This document shows positions 7,529-16,457 of a stretch of DNA of 18,747 bases, one piece after another. The DNA is from Planctomycetota bacterium (GTDB taxonomy: Bacteria > Planctomycetota > GCA-002687715 > DRQF01). Under the pieces are notes generated by a model, which ran no database searches, was not told the origin of the DNA, and saw only the letters and a list, made by a program, of their open reading frames with translations. Position 1 is the first letter of the stretch, and each line of letters opens with the position of its first letter. The DNA lies in NCBI GenBank assembly GCA_036479435.1, contig JAZGFI010000046.1, positions 1 through 18,747 of the forward strand, written 5' to 3'. The position numbers were made by a program, and so were the translations under genes.

Positions 7529-8683
7529 ATGCAGATCGTTCGAGTTTATGGTCCCGGTTTCGGGGCTTTGGCTTTGTCTGTTCTTCTTTTGACCTTGGTG
7601 GCCTGCGAGTGTCGCGTTTGCGCGGAACACGATGGCAAGCAGCCGGCAAACCCAAATGGTGAACAGGCCCTAGGTCTAGTTCTTCCCGAGTTCCGGGGGA
7701 ACGCGGAGACCACTCGGGAAGCTGTGGCGGGCTGGGTGTCGAAGGGCGAGGCGGCCATACCGTCTTTGAAGGAAGGCCTTGAGGACGAAAATGCCAAAGT
7801 GCGGCGAGCTTGCCGGGAAGCGCTGGCGAAGATCACGGGGCAGTGGGGTTGGGATGAGGGGTTGAAGTGGCGGCGCTCGATGGCGGAGGCGAAGGTGGAT
7901 GCCGAAAAGTCCGGCTTGCCGATCATGTTGCTTCAGCTGTTCGGACGCTTTGACGAGGAGTTTTGCTGAGCGAACGGCAAGCTCGCGAGAACCGTGACGT
8001 TCTCGGATCGCCGTATTATTGCTTTTGTGGAGCAGAACTTTATTCCGGTTTGGGAGACGGTCTCGCCGGTGCGCGTCGCGGTGTTTAAGCTTGGCGATGG
8101 CAAGGAAGTAAAGGGCACCGTGGGCGGCGAGATCGCCTTGTCTTTTTGCCGCCACGACGGCTTGGTTTATGACATCCTGCCAGCTTTGCAGTCGCCGGCG
8201 GTTACCTATCGCGCGATTGTCGAGGCGCGAGGCATCTACGAAAAACAGGCGCGTACGCTTCCTGGCGAGACATCGACAAAGAGGATGCAGGCGCGCGTCA
8301 TTCAGTATCACTTACGCGCTCTCAGCAATTTGAAGAAAACGCGCGGGCTAGTGCCGAAGCTTGCGGCGCAGAAAGTGGGGGATGCTCACGGAAAGCTCAT
8401 CTCCCGGCTGCAGATGGGGTCGAAGGCGGATCGGGATGTGACGCGGCAGCTCTTGTCGAAAACCATGGTGGTGACGCCGGCAGAAACGATCACGGTGGTC
8501 GAACCCGGTGGGCTTTGGCTCTACAAAGCGCTTATCCACGATGAGTTGAGGCGCGGAAACTTGAGGACGCCGGCGGAACTCAAAATAAAGCTGTTCGAGG
8601 AGATCCTCGATCAGCCTTTGAAAGGTGGCACCGAGATCTACGACATCGACGATGTGATGCCGCTCTCTTTGTTCAGCGAGTAG
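7529..8683 (+). CDS. Predicted selenoprotein (384 aa, Sec147): lipoprotein signal, HEAT repeat and SelN-like thioredoxin-fold domain with a CU motif; joins track ORFs 7508..7969 and 7994..8683
   Basis: GGAGGTGA RBS (7517-7524) before ATG 7529; lipobox LVAC; HEAT-like AIPSLKEGLEDENAKVRRACREALAKI. The two ORFs are in the same frame, separated only by TGA 7967-7969, giving LLQLFGRFDEEFC-U-ANGKLARTVTFSDRRIIAFVEQNFIPVW. A SECIS-like hairpin follows. Confidence 0.85.
7974..8014 (+). promoter_or_regulatory. Candidate bacterial SECIS element
   Basis: Perfect 7-bp upper stem CGAGAAC (7986-7992)/GTTCTCG (7999-8005); loop CGTGAC (G at position 2 followed by U) begins 23 nt after the UGA; lower stem ACGGC (7974-7978)/GCCGT (8010-8014). 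Confidence 0.75.
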
Positions 8684-8737
8684 CGATGCCAGGGGAATCC
8701 ACCTCGCCAGTCTCTATTCTTTTCCAAATTTGTCGGG

Positions 8738-8765
8738 TTCTCAGCGTCCCTCCAGGGCTTATAAT
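8738..8765 (+). promoter_or_regulatory. Candidate sigma70-type promoter for uvrA
   Basis: Exact TATAAT at 8760-8765, with TTCTCA (4/6 match to TTGACA) 16 nt upstream, 65 nt before the uvrA start. Confidence 0.4.
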
Positions 8766-8830
8766 TCTGGATTCGCAACTGTCCACCGGAAACGGTTTTC
8801 GAGGGACCGCTGCGAGGGCCGGAGACCGGG

Positions 8831-11800
8831 ATGGGGCAAAAGGACATCGTCGTCAGTGGGGCGCGGACCCACAACCTCGACAATGTCGGGGTGCGGATTC
8901 CCCGCGGCTCGTTGACCACCATTACCGGCGTGTCCGGGTCCGGAAAATCGTCGCTCGCGTTCGACACGATTCACAACGAAGGCCAGCGGCGGTTTTTGGA
9001 GTCTCTGTCGTCCTACGCGCGTCAGTTTTTGGGTCAGATCGAAAAACCCGACGTCGATCACATTGAAGGTCTGTCGCCGACAGTTTCCATTGACCAAAAG
9101 ACCGTTAACCGCAATCCGCGGTCGACGGTGGGCACGGTCACTGAAGTCTACGACTTCATGCGGCTCCTTTTTGCCCGCTTGGGCCAACCGTCTTGTCCCG
9201 ACTGCGGAGAGGAGATCCGTCCCCAAACGGTGGATGAGATCCGCGACGCTCTGCTTACCGAGCGCAAGGGCCACAACCTCATCGTCATGGCGCCGATCGT
9301 TAAGGATCGAAAGGGCGAGTATCGCAAGGAGCTCGAAGACCTTCGGCTTCAAGGTTACGCCCGCGCCCGTATCGACGGGGAACTCAGAAGGCTTGACGAA
9401 GACATTGAGCTGAAGCGCTACGTCCGTCACACCATCGAGATCGTACTAGACCGGATCAAGGCCACGCCGGAAAAGGCGGGGCGGCTGGTGGAATCGCTCG
9501 AGCAAGGGCTTAAACTCGGCGACGGTGTCGTCAACGTTCTGGACGGCGACGAACACATTTCCTTTTCGTCTCGATTTGCCTGCAAAAGCTGCGGCGCGGG
9601 CTTTCCCGAGATTGAGCCGCGGACTTTTTCCTTCAACTCCCCGCACGGCGCCTGCAAACCCTGTGGCGGCATCGGCATCCTTGGTGACGTCGACGAAAAC
9701 CTCATCGTTTCCGATCCGAACAAAAGCCCCAATGAGGGCTGCCTAGATCCGCTGGGTAAGTCCAAGCTTCGGGACTACGGCGGCATCTCTACTTTGTCTC
9801 TGCCGAGTATTGCCAAGCACTTCAAAGTCGACCTCGACAAACCCTGGAAGTCACTACCCAAAAAGTTCAAAGACGCCATCCTCTACGGCAGCGGCGAGAC
9901 CAAGTTGGAAGTTGCTACCTCCTACGAGGGCAAGAGCTGGAAGATGAAGTCGAAGCGCCTGCGCACTTTGGCGGGGATGATCGCGGGCATGCGGAAGTCC
10001 TGGGAAGAGCGTGCCCCCAGCCACATGGCACACTTTTTTACGGACCATCAATGTCGCGATTGCGAAGGCTCACGCGTCGGGAAGCTCGCCCGCTCGGTTA
10101 GTTTTCGCAATAAGAGCATTGCCGACCTCGCGCAGTTGGCCATTGATGATCTGTGCGAGTTTTTCGGCAAGGTCAAGCTCTCCAAGAAGGAAATTGCGAT
10201 CGGCGAGCCGATCTTCAAAGAAATCCACGCGCGGCTCGAGTTCCTAACTGCGGTGGGATTGGGGTACATCCAGCTCGATCGCAGCGCTGCGACTTTATCC
10301 GGAGGCGAATCGCAGAGAATCCGCCTCGCGACCCAAGTCGGCTCGCGATTGAAGGGTATCCTCTACGTTTTGGATGAGCCGAGTATCGGCCTGCATCATC
10401 GCGATAACTTGCGTCTAATCGAAACGCTTAAGGGTCTGCGCGATCTCGGCAACACCGTATTAGTCGTCGAGCACGACCAAGAGATGATGGAGTGCTCCGA
10501 TCACGTTATCGACATTGGCCCTGGCGCGGGGGTTCACGGGGGGCGCATCGTCGGAGAAGGACGGGTCGCGGATCTCATGTCCGCGCCGGAATCCAAAACC
10601 GGAGCTTACCTTTCGGGTGGCCGGGCGATCGCGGTGCCCACTAAGCGCCGGAACGCCAGCCAAGACTACATCGAAGTCAAAGGCGCTTGCGAAAACAACC
10701 TACGCAACATCGACGTCGCCTTTCCGCTTGCCTGCCTCAGCGCGGTGACGGGGGTTTCAGGTTCTGGCAAGAGCACTCTGATCGACAGCATTTTGAAGAA
10801 GGCTTTGGCCCAACATTTTCACGGAGCATTGAGTCGCCCCGGAAAACATCGCCGCATCAATGGCTTGCAGCACATCGACAAAGTCATCGAGATCGACCAA
10901 AGCCCCATCGGGCGAACGCCGCGGTCGAACCCCGCGACCTACACCAAGGTCTTCGACCTTATCCGCGACCTTTTTGCCTTGGTCCCCGACGCCAAGGCGC
11001 GAGGTTACAAAAAGGGTCGCTTTTCCTTCAACGTTACGGGCGGTCGCTGCGAAACCTGTCAAGGGGCGGGCGTGAAGATCGTCTCGATGCAGTTTTTGCC
11101 CGATGTCGCGGTGACTTGCGACGATTGCAACGGGCGGCGTTTTAACGGCGAGACCCTAGAGATTCTCTACCGCGAAAAAAGCATCTACGACGTTTTGGCG
11201 ATGACTTTTGAAGAGGCGGGGGAGTTCTTCGCCAACCACCCGAAGATCGCGCGCATTCTGAATGCGCTCAACGACGTTGGTTTGGGCTACGTGCGACTCG
11301 GGCAACCCGCGACGACCTTGTCGGGCGGTGAAGCCCAGCGCGTCAAGCTTGCCTCGGAGTTGCGGCGCCCGGCGACCGGCAAAACTCTGTACTTGTTGGA
11401 CGAGCCGACAACGGGCTTGCACTTTGAGGACATTGAGCGTTTGATTGCGGCTTTGAACGGCTTGGTCGATTCCGGCAACACCGTCGTCGTTATTGAGCAC
11501 AATCTCGATGTCGTGAAAGTCGCCGACTGGATTGTTGATTTGGGCCCGAAGGGTGGCTCGGGCGGTGGCGAGGTGATCTACGCCGGGCCTTTCGACGGGA
11601 TCTTAAAGAAGAAGAAATCCGCTACCGGGGTGGCACTCGTCGAGCTTTTGAGCCCGCGGAAACGAAAGAAATCCACGGCCAAGCCAAAGGCCATCGAGGA
11701 TCTTTCGGCCGAAGGCAAGATCGTGATCAAAGGCGCGCGGACCCACAATCTTAAGAGCGTTGACGTTGAGATCCCCTCGGGCCAGTTCACCGTGGTGACG

Positions 11801-14674
11801 GGTCCTTCAGGTTCTGGAAAGTCGTCCTTGGCTTTCGACACGATTTTTGCCGAAGGGCAACGTCGCTTTGTAGAGTCCTTGTCGTCTTACGCGCGCCAGT
11901 TTTTGGGTCGACTTGATAAAGCACCCGCCGATGCGATTGAGGGTTTAGGCCCGGCGATTGCGATCAATCAAAAAAACGCGTCTCGCAATCCGCGGTCAAC
12001 CGTCGCCACAACGACTGAAATCTATGACTACCTGCGTTTGCTTTTCGCCCGAGTTGGCAAACCGCACTGCCCGCAGTGTGATCGCGAGTTGTTGTCGTTT
12101 GCTCCCGCGGATGTCTGGAAGAAACTGAGAAAACGCGAGGGTGAAAAAGGCCGTTTGGTCGCCCCCTTGTTCCGTCGCGAGTTTGGCACGCCCTTGCGCC
12201 TCGCCAAGCCCACGGAACTAAAGACCGTAGTGCGCGAGTTGCGCGAAGACGGCTGGGTTCGTGTGCTATTGGATGGCGAGGAGTTTCGTTTGGACGGCAG
12301 CGGCGGGAAGCTCCCGGCCTTGTCGAAGATCAAGAGCGTCGATCTGGTCATTGATCGCATCGCGATCGCTCCCAAGGTTCGAGCGCGGGTGTTGGAAGCG
12401 GTGGAAAGCGCATACGCCGCGGGCCGCGGCATCTGCGCTTGGTTGCCCGCGGGCAGCGATGACGCGGCTAAAGTCGAGTGGTTTACCCGCGAGCGCCTTT
12501 GCGTCGAGCACGGCACCGAGATTGAGCGTGATCTTCCGCCGCGCATGTTCTCATTCAACAGCCTTTTGGGCTCCTGCCCGACTTGCCTCGGGGTCGGGCG
12601 CGTGCGGCGTTGTGATCCCGATCTGTTGATCGACCGGCCAGAACGGGCTCTCCTCAAAGGAGCGATGAACAAAAAGGTCGGTGGCTTCTTCAACCGCCGT
12701 TCTTACTTTCGCAAGGCGCTGAAAGGCCTATCGAAACAAGGCGATTTTGATTTGAACGCGCCTTTTGGCGAATTGTCGGCCACAGCCAAGACCCTGATTC
12801 TCGACGGCTCAAGCGAGAAAGTCCCCTTCAAGCACACCAGCCGGCGCAAGGGCCGCAGCAGCCAATGGGAGATGAATGTCACCTGGCCGGGACTGCGCGG
12901 GTACCTTGAGAAGTGGTTCCATGAGACCGAATCTGAAAACTGGCGAGAAGCCATCACCGAAGTTATGCGCGATGACGACTGCGGCGCTTGCCAGGGCAAA
13001 CGTCTGAAGCCGGTGGCGCTTGCCGTGACGCTGGCAAAAAAGAGCATCTCAGATGTGACGTCGATGACGATCGAGGCCGCGACGAGATTTTTTGCGGGGC
13101 TCAAGTTGAAAGCGTCCGACAAAAAAATTGCCGAGCGTTTGTTGAAGGAAGTTCAGGACCGCCTGAGTTTTTTGAACAAAGTGGGATTGGAGTACCTCAC
13201 CCTAGATCGCAGCGCCGGGACTTTGTCTGGCGGTGAGTCACAACGCATTAGGCTGGCGACGCAAATCGGCAGCCGGCTGTCGGGCGTTATCTACGTCTTG
13301 GACGAGCCGAGCATTGGCCTGCACCAGCGCGATGTCGCGAACTTGCTCACAACTTTGCACGAACTCGTCAAACTCGGGAACACGGTGATCGTTGTCGAAC
13401 ACGATGAAGAAACGATCGAGGCCGCGGATTGGATTGTCGACATCGGGCCGGGTGCTGGACACCACGGGGGCGAGGTCGTCTTCCAAGGGCCTCGGCCTCA
13501 GATTTTGGATCATCCAACGTCTTTGACCGCGGCTTACTTGACCGGGCGTGCCCGCGTCGAGATGCCGCCGAAGCGTCGCTCCGGCAATGGCAAAGAGCTT
13601 CGTATCGACGGGGTCACCACCAATAACTTGAAGGGCATCTCGGTAGGCTTTCCGCTCGGTTGTTTTACCTGCGTGACGGGAGTTAGTGGCAGTGGCAAGA
13701 GCAGTCTCGTGGTGGAGACCTTGGTGCCAGCCTTAGAAAAGACCTTCAACCGCAAAGAATCGGGCCGCAACCGCGCCGCCTACAAAAAGCTCCTCGGCGC
13801 CCGGCATGTCTCGGACATTGTGGTCATCGACCAAGCGTCAATTGGTCGCACCCCCAAATCGAACCCGGCGACGTACACTGGAGTTTTCGACATCATTCGC
13901 GCCGTCTTCGCGAAGAGTCCCCAGGCGAAACTCCGCGGCTACAAGCCGGGGCGCTTTAGCTTCAATGCTCCCGGGGGGCGCTGCGAGGCCTGCTCGGGCC
14001 GGGGGTCCATTAAGATCGAGATGAACTTTCTCGCCGACGTCTGGATTGAGTGTGACGTCTGCCGTGGCCGCCGCTATGACCGCGAGACTCTGCGCGCGAC
14101 CTGGCGAGGCAAAAGTATCGCTGACGTCCTCGAAATGGAAGTGAGCGAAGCCTTGGAATTCTTTGGGAATCACCGGCGGATCGTCGCCGTGCTTTCGACC
14201 TTAGAAGACGTGGGTTTGGGGTACCTAAAACTTGGTCAACCGAGCAACACCCTTTCTGGGGGCGAGGCGCAACGCATCAAGCTGGCGCGCGAATTATCGC
14301 GAAAGCCCCGCGGCGAAGTCCTCTACCTACTCGACGAGCCGACCACCGGATTGCACTTCGACGATGTGGCGAAATTGACCGCGGTGTTGCACCGGCTTGT
14401 GGATGCCGGACACAGCGTCGTTGTCATCGAGCATAATCTCGAGGTTGTAGGTGCCAGTGACCATGTCATCGACTTGGGTCCGGAGGGCGGGGAGGCCGGG
14501 GGCCAAGTCCTCGTCGCCGGAACCCCTGAAGAGTTGATGTCGAGCAAGGCCTCTCATACGGGGCGCTATTTGGCCGCAGCTCAGCGGCGGCGATCTGGCC
14601 GAGGAAAAGTCGCGAAGAAAAAGCGCGGCTTGAGTTCTAAGGAAAAAGGAGCGGAAGATGGGATCCCGGCGTGA
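8831..14674 (+). CDS. uvrA: Excinuclease ABC subunit A, double-length (two fused UvrA units)
   Basis: 1947 aa with four Walker A motifs ([36 protein letters not shown]), four LSGGE signatures, two copies each of [24 protein letters not shown] and IGRTP.SNPATYT, and Zn-finger CxxC pairs in both halves. GGAG RBS. Confidence 0.97.
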   Translation: MGQKDIVVSGARTHNLDNVGVRIPRGSLTTITGVSGSGKSSLAFDTIHNEGQRRFLESLSSYARQFLGQIEKPDVDHIEGLSPTVSIDQKTVNRNPRSTVGTVTEVYDFMRLLFARLGQPSCPDCGEEIRPQTVDEIRDALLTERKGHNLIVMAPIVKDRKGEYRKELEDLRLQGYARARIDGELRRLDEDIELKRYVRHTIEIVLDRIKATPEKAGRLVESLEQGLKLGDGVVNVLDGDEHISFSSRFACKSCGAGFPEIEPRTFSFNSPHGACKPCGGIGILGDVDENLIVSDPNKSPNEGCLDPLGKSKLRDYGGISTLSLPSIAKHFKVDLDKPWKSLPKKFKDAILYGSGETKLEVATSYEGKSWKMKSKRLRTLAGMIAGMRKSWEERAPSHMAHFFTDHQCRDCEGSRVGKLARSVSFRNKSIADLAQLAIDDLCEFFGKVKLSKKEIAIGEPIFKEIHARLEFLTAVGLGYIQLDRSAATLSGGESQRIRLATQVGSRLKGILYVLDEPSIGLHHRDNLRLIETLKGLRDLGNTVLVVEHDQEMMECSDHVIDIGPGAGVHGGRIVGEGRVADLMSAPESKTGAYLSGGRAIAVPTKRRNASQDYIEVKGACENNLRNIDVAFPLACLSAVTGVSGSGKSTLIDSILKKALAQHFHGALSRPGKHRRINGLQHIDKVIEIDQSPIGRTPRSNPATYTKVFDLIRDLFALVPDAKARGYKKGRFSFNVTGGRCETCQGAGVKIVSMQFLPDVAVTCDDCNGRRFNGETLEILYREKSIYDVLAMTFEEAGEFFANHPKIARILNALNDVGLGYVRLGQPATTLSGGEAQRVKLASELRRPATGKTLYLLDEPTTGLHFEDIERLIAALNGLVDSGNTVVVIEHNLDVVKVADWIVDLGPKGGSGGGEVIYAGPFDGILKKKKSATGVALVELLSPRKRKKSTAKPKAIEDLSAEGKIVIKGARTHNLKSVDVEIPSGQFTVVTGPSGSGKSSLAFDTIFAEGQRRFVESLSSYARQFLGRLDKAPADAIEGLGPAIAINQKNASRNPRSTVATTTEIYDYLRLLFARVGKPHCPQCDRELLSFAPADVWKKLRKREGEKGRLVAPLFRREFGTPLRLAKPTELKTVVRELREDGWVRVLLDGEEFRLDGSGGKLPALSKIKSVDLVIDRIAIAPKVRARVLEAVESAYAAGRGICAWLPAGSDDAAKVEWFTRERLCVEHGTEIERDLPPRMFSFNSLLGSCPTCLGVGRVRRCDPDLLIDRPERALLKGAMNKKVGGFFNRRSYFRKALKGLSKQGDFDLNAPFGELSATAKTLILDGSSEKVPFKHTSRRKGRSSQWEMNVTWPGLRGYLEKWFHETESENWREAITEVMRDDDCGACQGKRLKPVALAVTLAKKSISDVTSMTIEAATRFFAGLKLKASDKKIAERLLKEVQDRLSFLNKVGLEYLTLDRSAGTLSGGESQRIRLATQIGSRLSGVIYVLDEPSIGLHQRDVANLLTTLHELVKLGNTVIVVEHDEETIEAADWIVDIGPGAGHHGGEVVFQGPRPQILDHPTSLTAAYLTGRARVEMPPKRRSGNGKELRIDGVTTNNLKGISVGFPLGCFTCVTGVSGSGKSSLVVETLVPALEKTFNRKESGRNRAAYKKLLGARHVSDIVVIDQASIGRTPKSNPATYTGVFDIIRAVFAKSPQAKLRGYKPGRFSFNAPGGRCEACSGRGSIKIEMNFLADVWIECDVCRGRRYDRETLRATWRGKSIADVLEMEVSEALEFFGNHRRIVAVLSTLEDVGLGYLKLGQPSNTLSGGEAQRIKLARELSRKPRGEVLYLLDEPTTGLHFDDVAKLTAVLHRLVDAGHSVVVIEHNLEVVGASDHVIDLGPEGGEAGGQVLVAGTPEELMSSKASHTGRYLAAAQRRRSGRGKVAKKKRGLSSKEKGAEDGIPA

Positions 14675-16457
14675 CGGCCCGCTGATCGTCCAAGGCGACA
14701 AGACGGTTCTTCTCGACGTTCACCACCCCGGTGCCGAAGCGGTGCGCGAGGGTCTGGGATCGTTTGCGGAATTGTTGAAGACTCCCGATCACATGCACAC
14801 CTATCGTATCTCTTCGCTTTCGCTGTGGAACGCGGCGAGTTCGGGCATGAGTTGCCGTGATGTGCTCGATATTTTGGAAAACTACGCGCGCAATCCGATC
14901 TCCAAGGCCATCAAGGCCGAGATCTCTTCGATCATGGATCGATTCGGCCGGCTCATCATGCGACGCCGCGGTGAACACCTCGTCGTCGTGGTATCGGAAG
15001 ATTTGTGGGACGACGTCTGCGCCTTGGCGTCGATCAAAGACCTGGTCGACGAGTTCGACGACGAGAATCGCGAACTTGTCATCGGCGAAGGGGCTCGCGG
15101 AGAGATCAAGCGCGCGCTCACTCGTATGGGCTACCCCGTCGAAGATATGGCGGGATTTGTTGAGGGCGACCATCTCGCTTTGGCCCTATTGACCACGGAC
15201 AACATCGGCGAAGCGGGCGCGTTCAGCCTTCGGCCCTACCAGCGCGCCGCGTCCGAGGCCTTTTACCAAGATGGCGATAGCCGGGGCGGCAGCGGAGTCG
15301 TGGTCTTACCCTGCGGGGCTGGGAAAACTCTTACCGCGATGGCGGTGATGGAGCTTTATCAAACCAAGACCCTCATCTTAACGAACAGCACCACAGCGGT
15401 ACGCCAGTGGGTGCGCGAGCTCTTGGAAAAGACAGATCTAAAAGCTAGTGACGTCGCCGAGTATTCGTCGGAGTCGAAGTCGATCGCGCCCGTCACTGTT
15501 TCGACTTATCAAATGATCACCTACCGTCACAGCAAGACGGAGGGCTTTCCGCATTTCGATGCCTTCATGGCCGTGAACTGGGGCTTGGTGGTTTACGACG
15601 AAGTTCACCTTTTACCCGCCCCAGTGTTTCGCATGACCGCCGAGTTGCAAGCGCGCCGGCGCCTCGGCTTGACGGCCACGCTCATTCGCGAGGACGGTCG
15701 CGAAGACGAGGTCTTTTCTCTAATCGGACCCAAACGCTTCGACATGCCTTGGCGCCGGTTAGAAAAAGGCGGCTACATCGCCGAGGCCAAGATTGTCGAG
15801 ATGCGGGTGCCGCTATCGGGTTCCATCGCCGACACCTACGAACTGGTAGGGAGGCGCGAGCAGTATCGAATCGCGGCTGAAAACGGCTTGAAGCTGCGCG
15901 CCCTGAGGGCGCTTTTGGCTCGGCACCGTGGCGACCGCATCTTGATCATTGGGATGTATCTGCGGCAGCTCGCGAGGATTCGTGCTCTCATCGGGGCGGA
16001 GATCATCACCAGCCGTACCGCCCAAGAAGATCGCGAGCGCCTTTATGCGGACTTCCGCGAGGGGCGCATCACAACCTTGATTGTGTCGAAAGTCGCCAAC
16101 TTCGCGGTGGATCTGCCCGATGCGAACATCGCGATCCAAGTCTCGGGAACATTTGGTTCCCGGCAAGAAGAAGCCCAACGCTTAGGCCGCGTGTTGCGGC
16201 CTAAAAGCCACAATCGCGAGACAGTTTTCTACACCCTCGTTACCGAAGACACGACGGAAATACGATTCGCTGAGAACCGTCGCCTCTTTTTGACCGAACA
16301 GGGCTATGATTACGAGATTGTCGAGGCCCGCCGCGAGTTCGCAGAACTCGACTGGGCGGACAGCAACGACTTGGAACGAGCGGGGATCGAAGAAGAGTTT
16401 GATTCCGCGATCGAAAAGGCACGAGCAAAGTTCGGCGCAGGAGAGAAAAGTCGGTGA
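14658..16457 (+). CDS. xpb: Bacterial XPB/Ssl2-like superfamily 2 DNA helicase
   Basis: PLIVQGDKTVLLDV N-terminus, LRPYQ, GVVVLPCGAGKT, DEVH, LGLTATLIREDG and QVSGTFGSRQEEAQRLGRVLRPK. AAGGAG RBS inside the 3' end of uvrA (17-nt overlap). Confidence 0.95.
   Translation: MGSRRDGPLIVQGDKTVLLDVHHPGAEAVREGLGSFAELLKTPDHMHTYRISSLSLWNAASSGMSCRDVLDILENYARNPISKAIKAEISSIMDRFGRLIMRRRGEHLVVVVSEDLWDDVCALASIKDLVDEFDDENRELVIGEGARGEIKRALTRMGYPVEDMAGFVEGDHLALALLTTDNIGEAGAFSLRPYQRAASEAFYQDGDSRGGSGVVVLPCGAGKTLTAMAVMELYQTKTLILTNSTTAVRQWVRELLEKTDLKASDVAEYSSESKSIAPVTVSTYQMITYRHSKTEGFPHFDAFMAVNWGLVVYDEVHLLPAPVFRMTAELQARRRLGLTATLIREDGREDEVFSLIGPKRFDMPWRRLEKGGYIAEAKIVEMRVPLSGSIADTYELVGRREQYRIAAENGLKLRALRALLARHRGDRILIIGMYLRQLARIRALIGAEIITSRTAQEDRERLYADFREGRITTLIVSKVANFAVDLPDANIAIQVSGTFGSRQEEAQRLGRVLRPKSHNRETVFYTLVTEDTTEIRFAENRRLFLTEQGYDYEIVEARREFAELDWADSNDLERAGIEEEFDSAIEKARAKFGAGEKSR

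Noticed and set aside
7508..8683. Two separate genes (153 aa and 229 aa), or a nonsense pseudogene
   Set aside because: Same frame, a single TGA next to Cys at a redox motif, continuous thioredoxin-like sequence, a SECIS-like hairpin and no RBS for GTG 7994 all favour Sec read-through. A nonsense mutation cannot be fully excluded without seeing sel genes.
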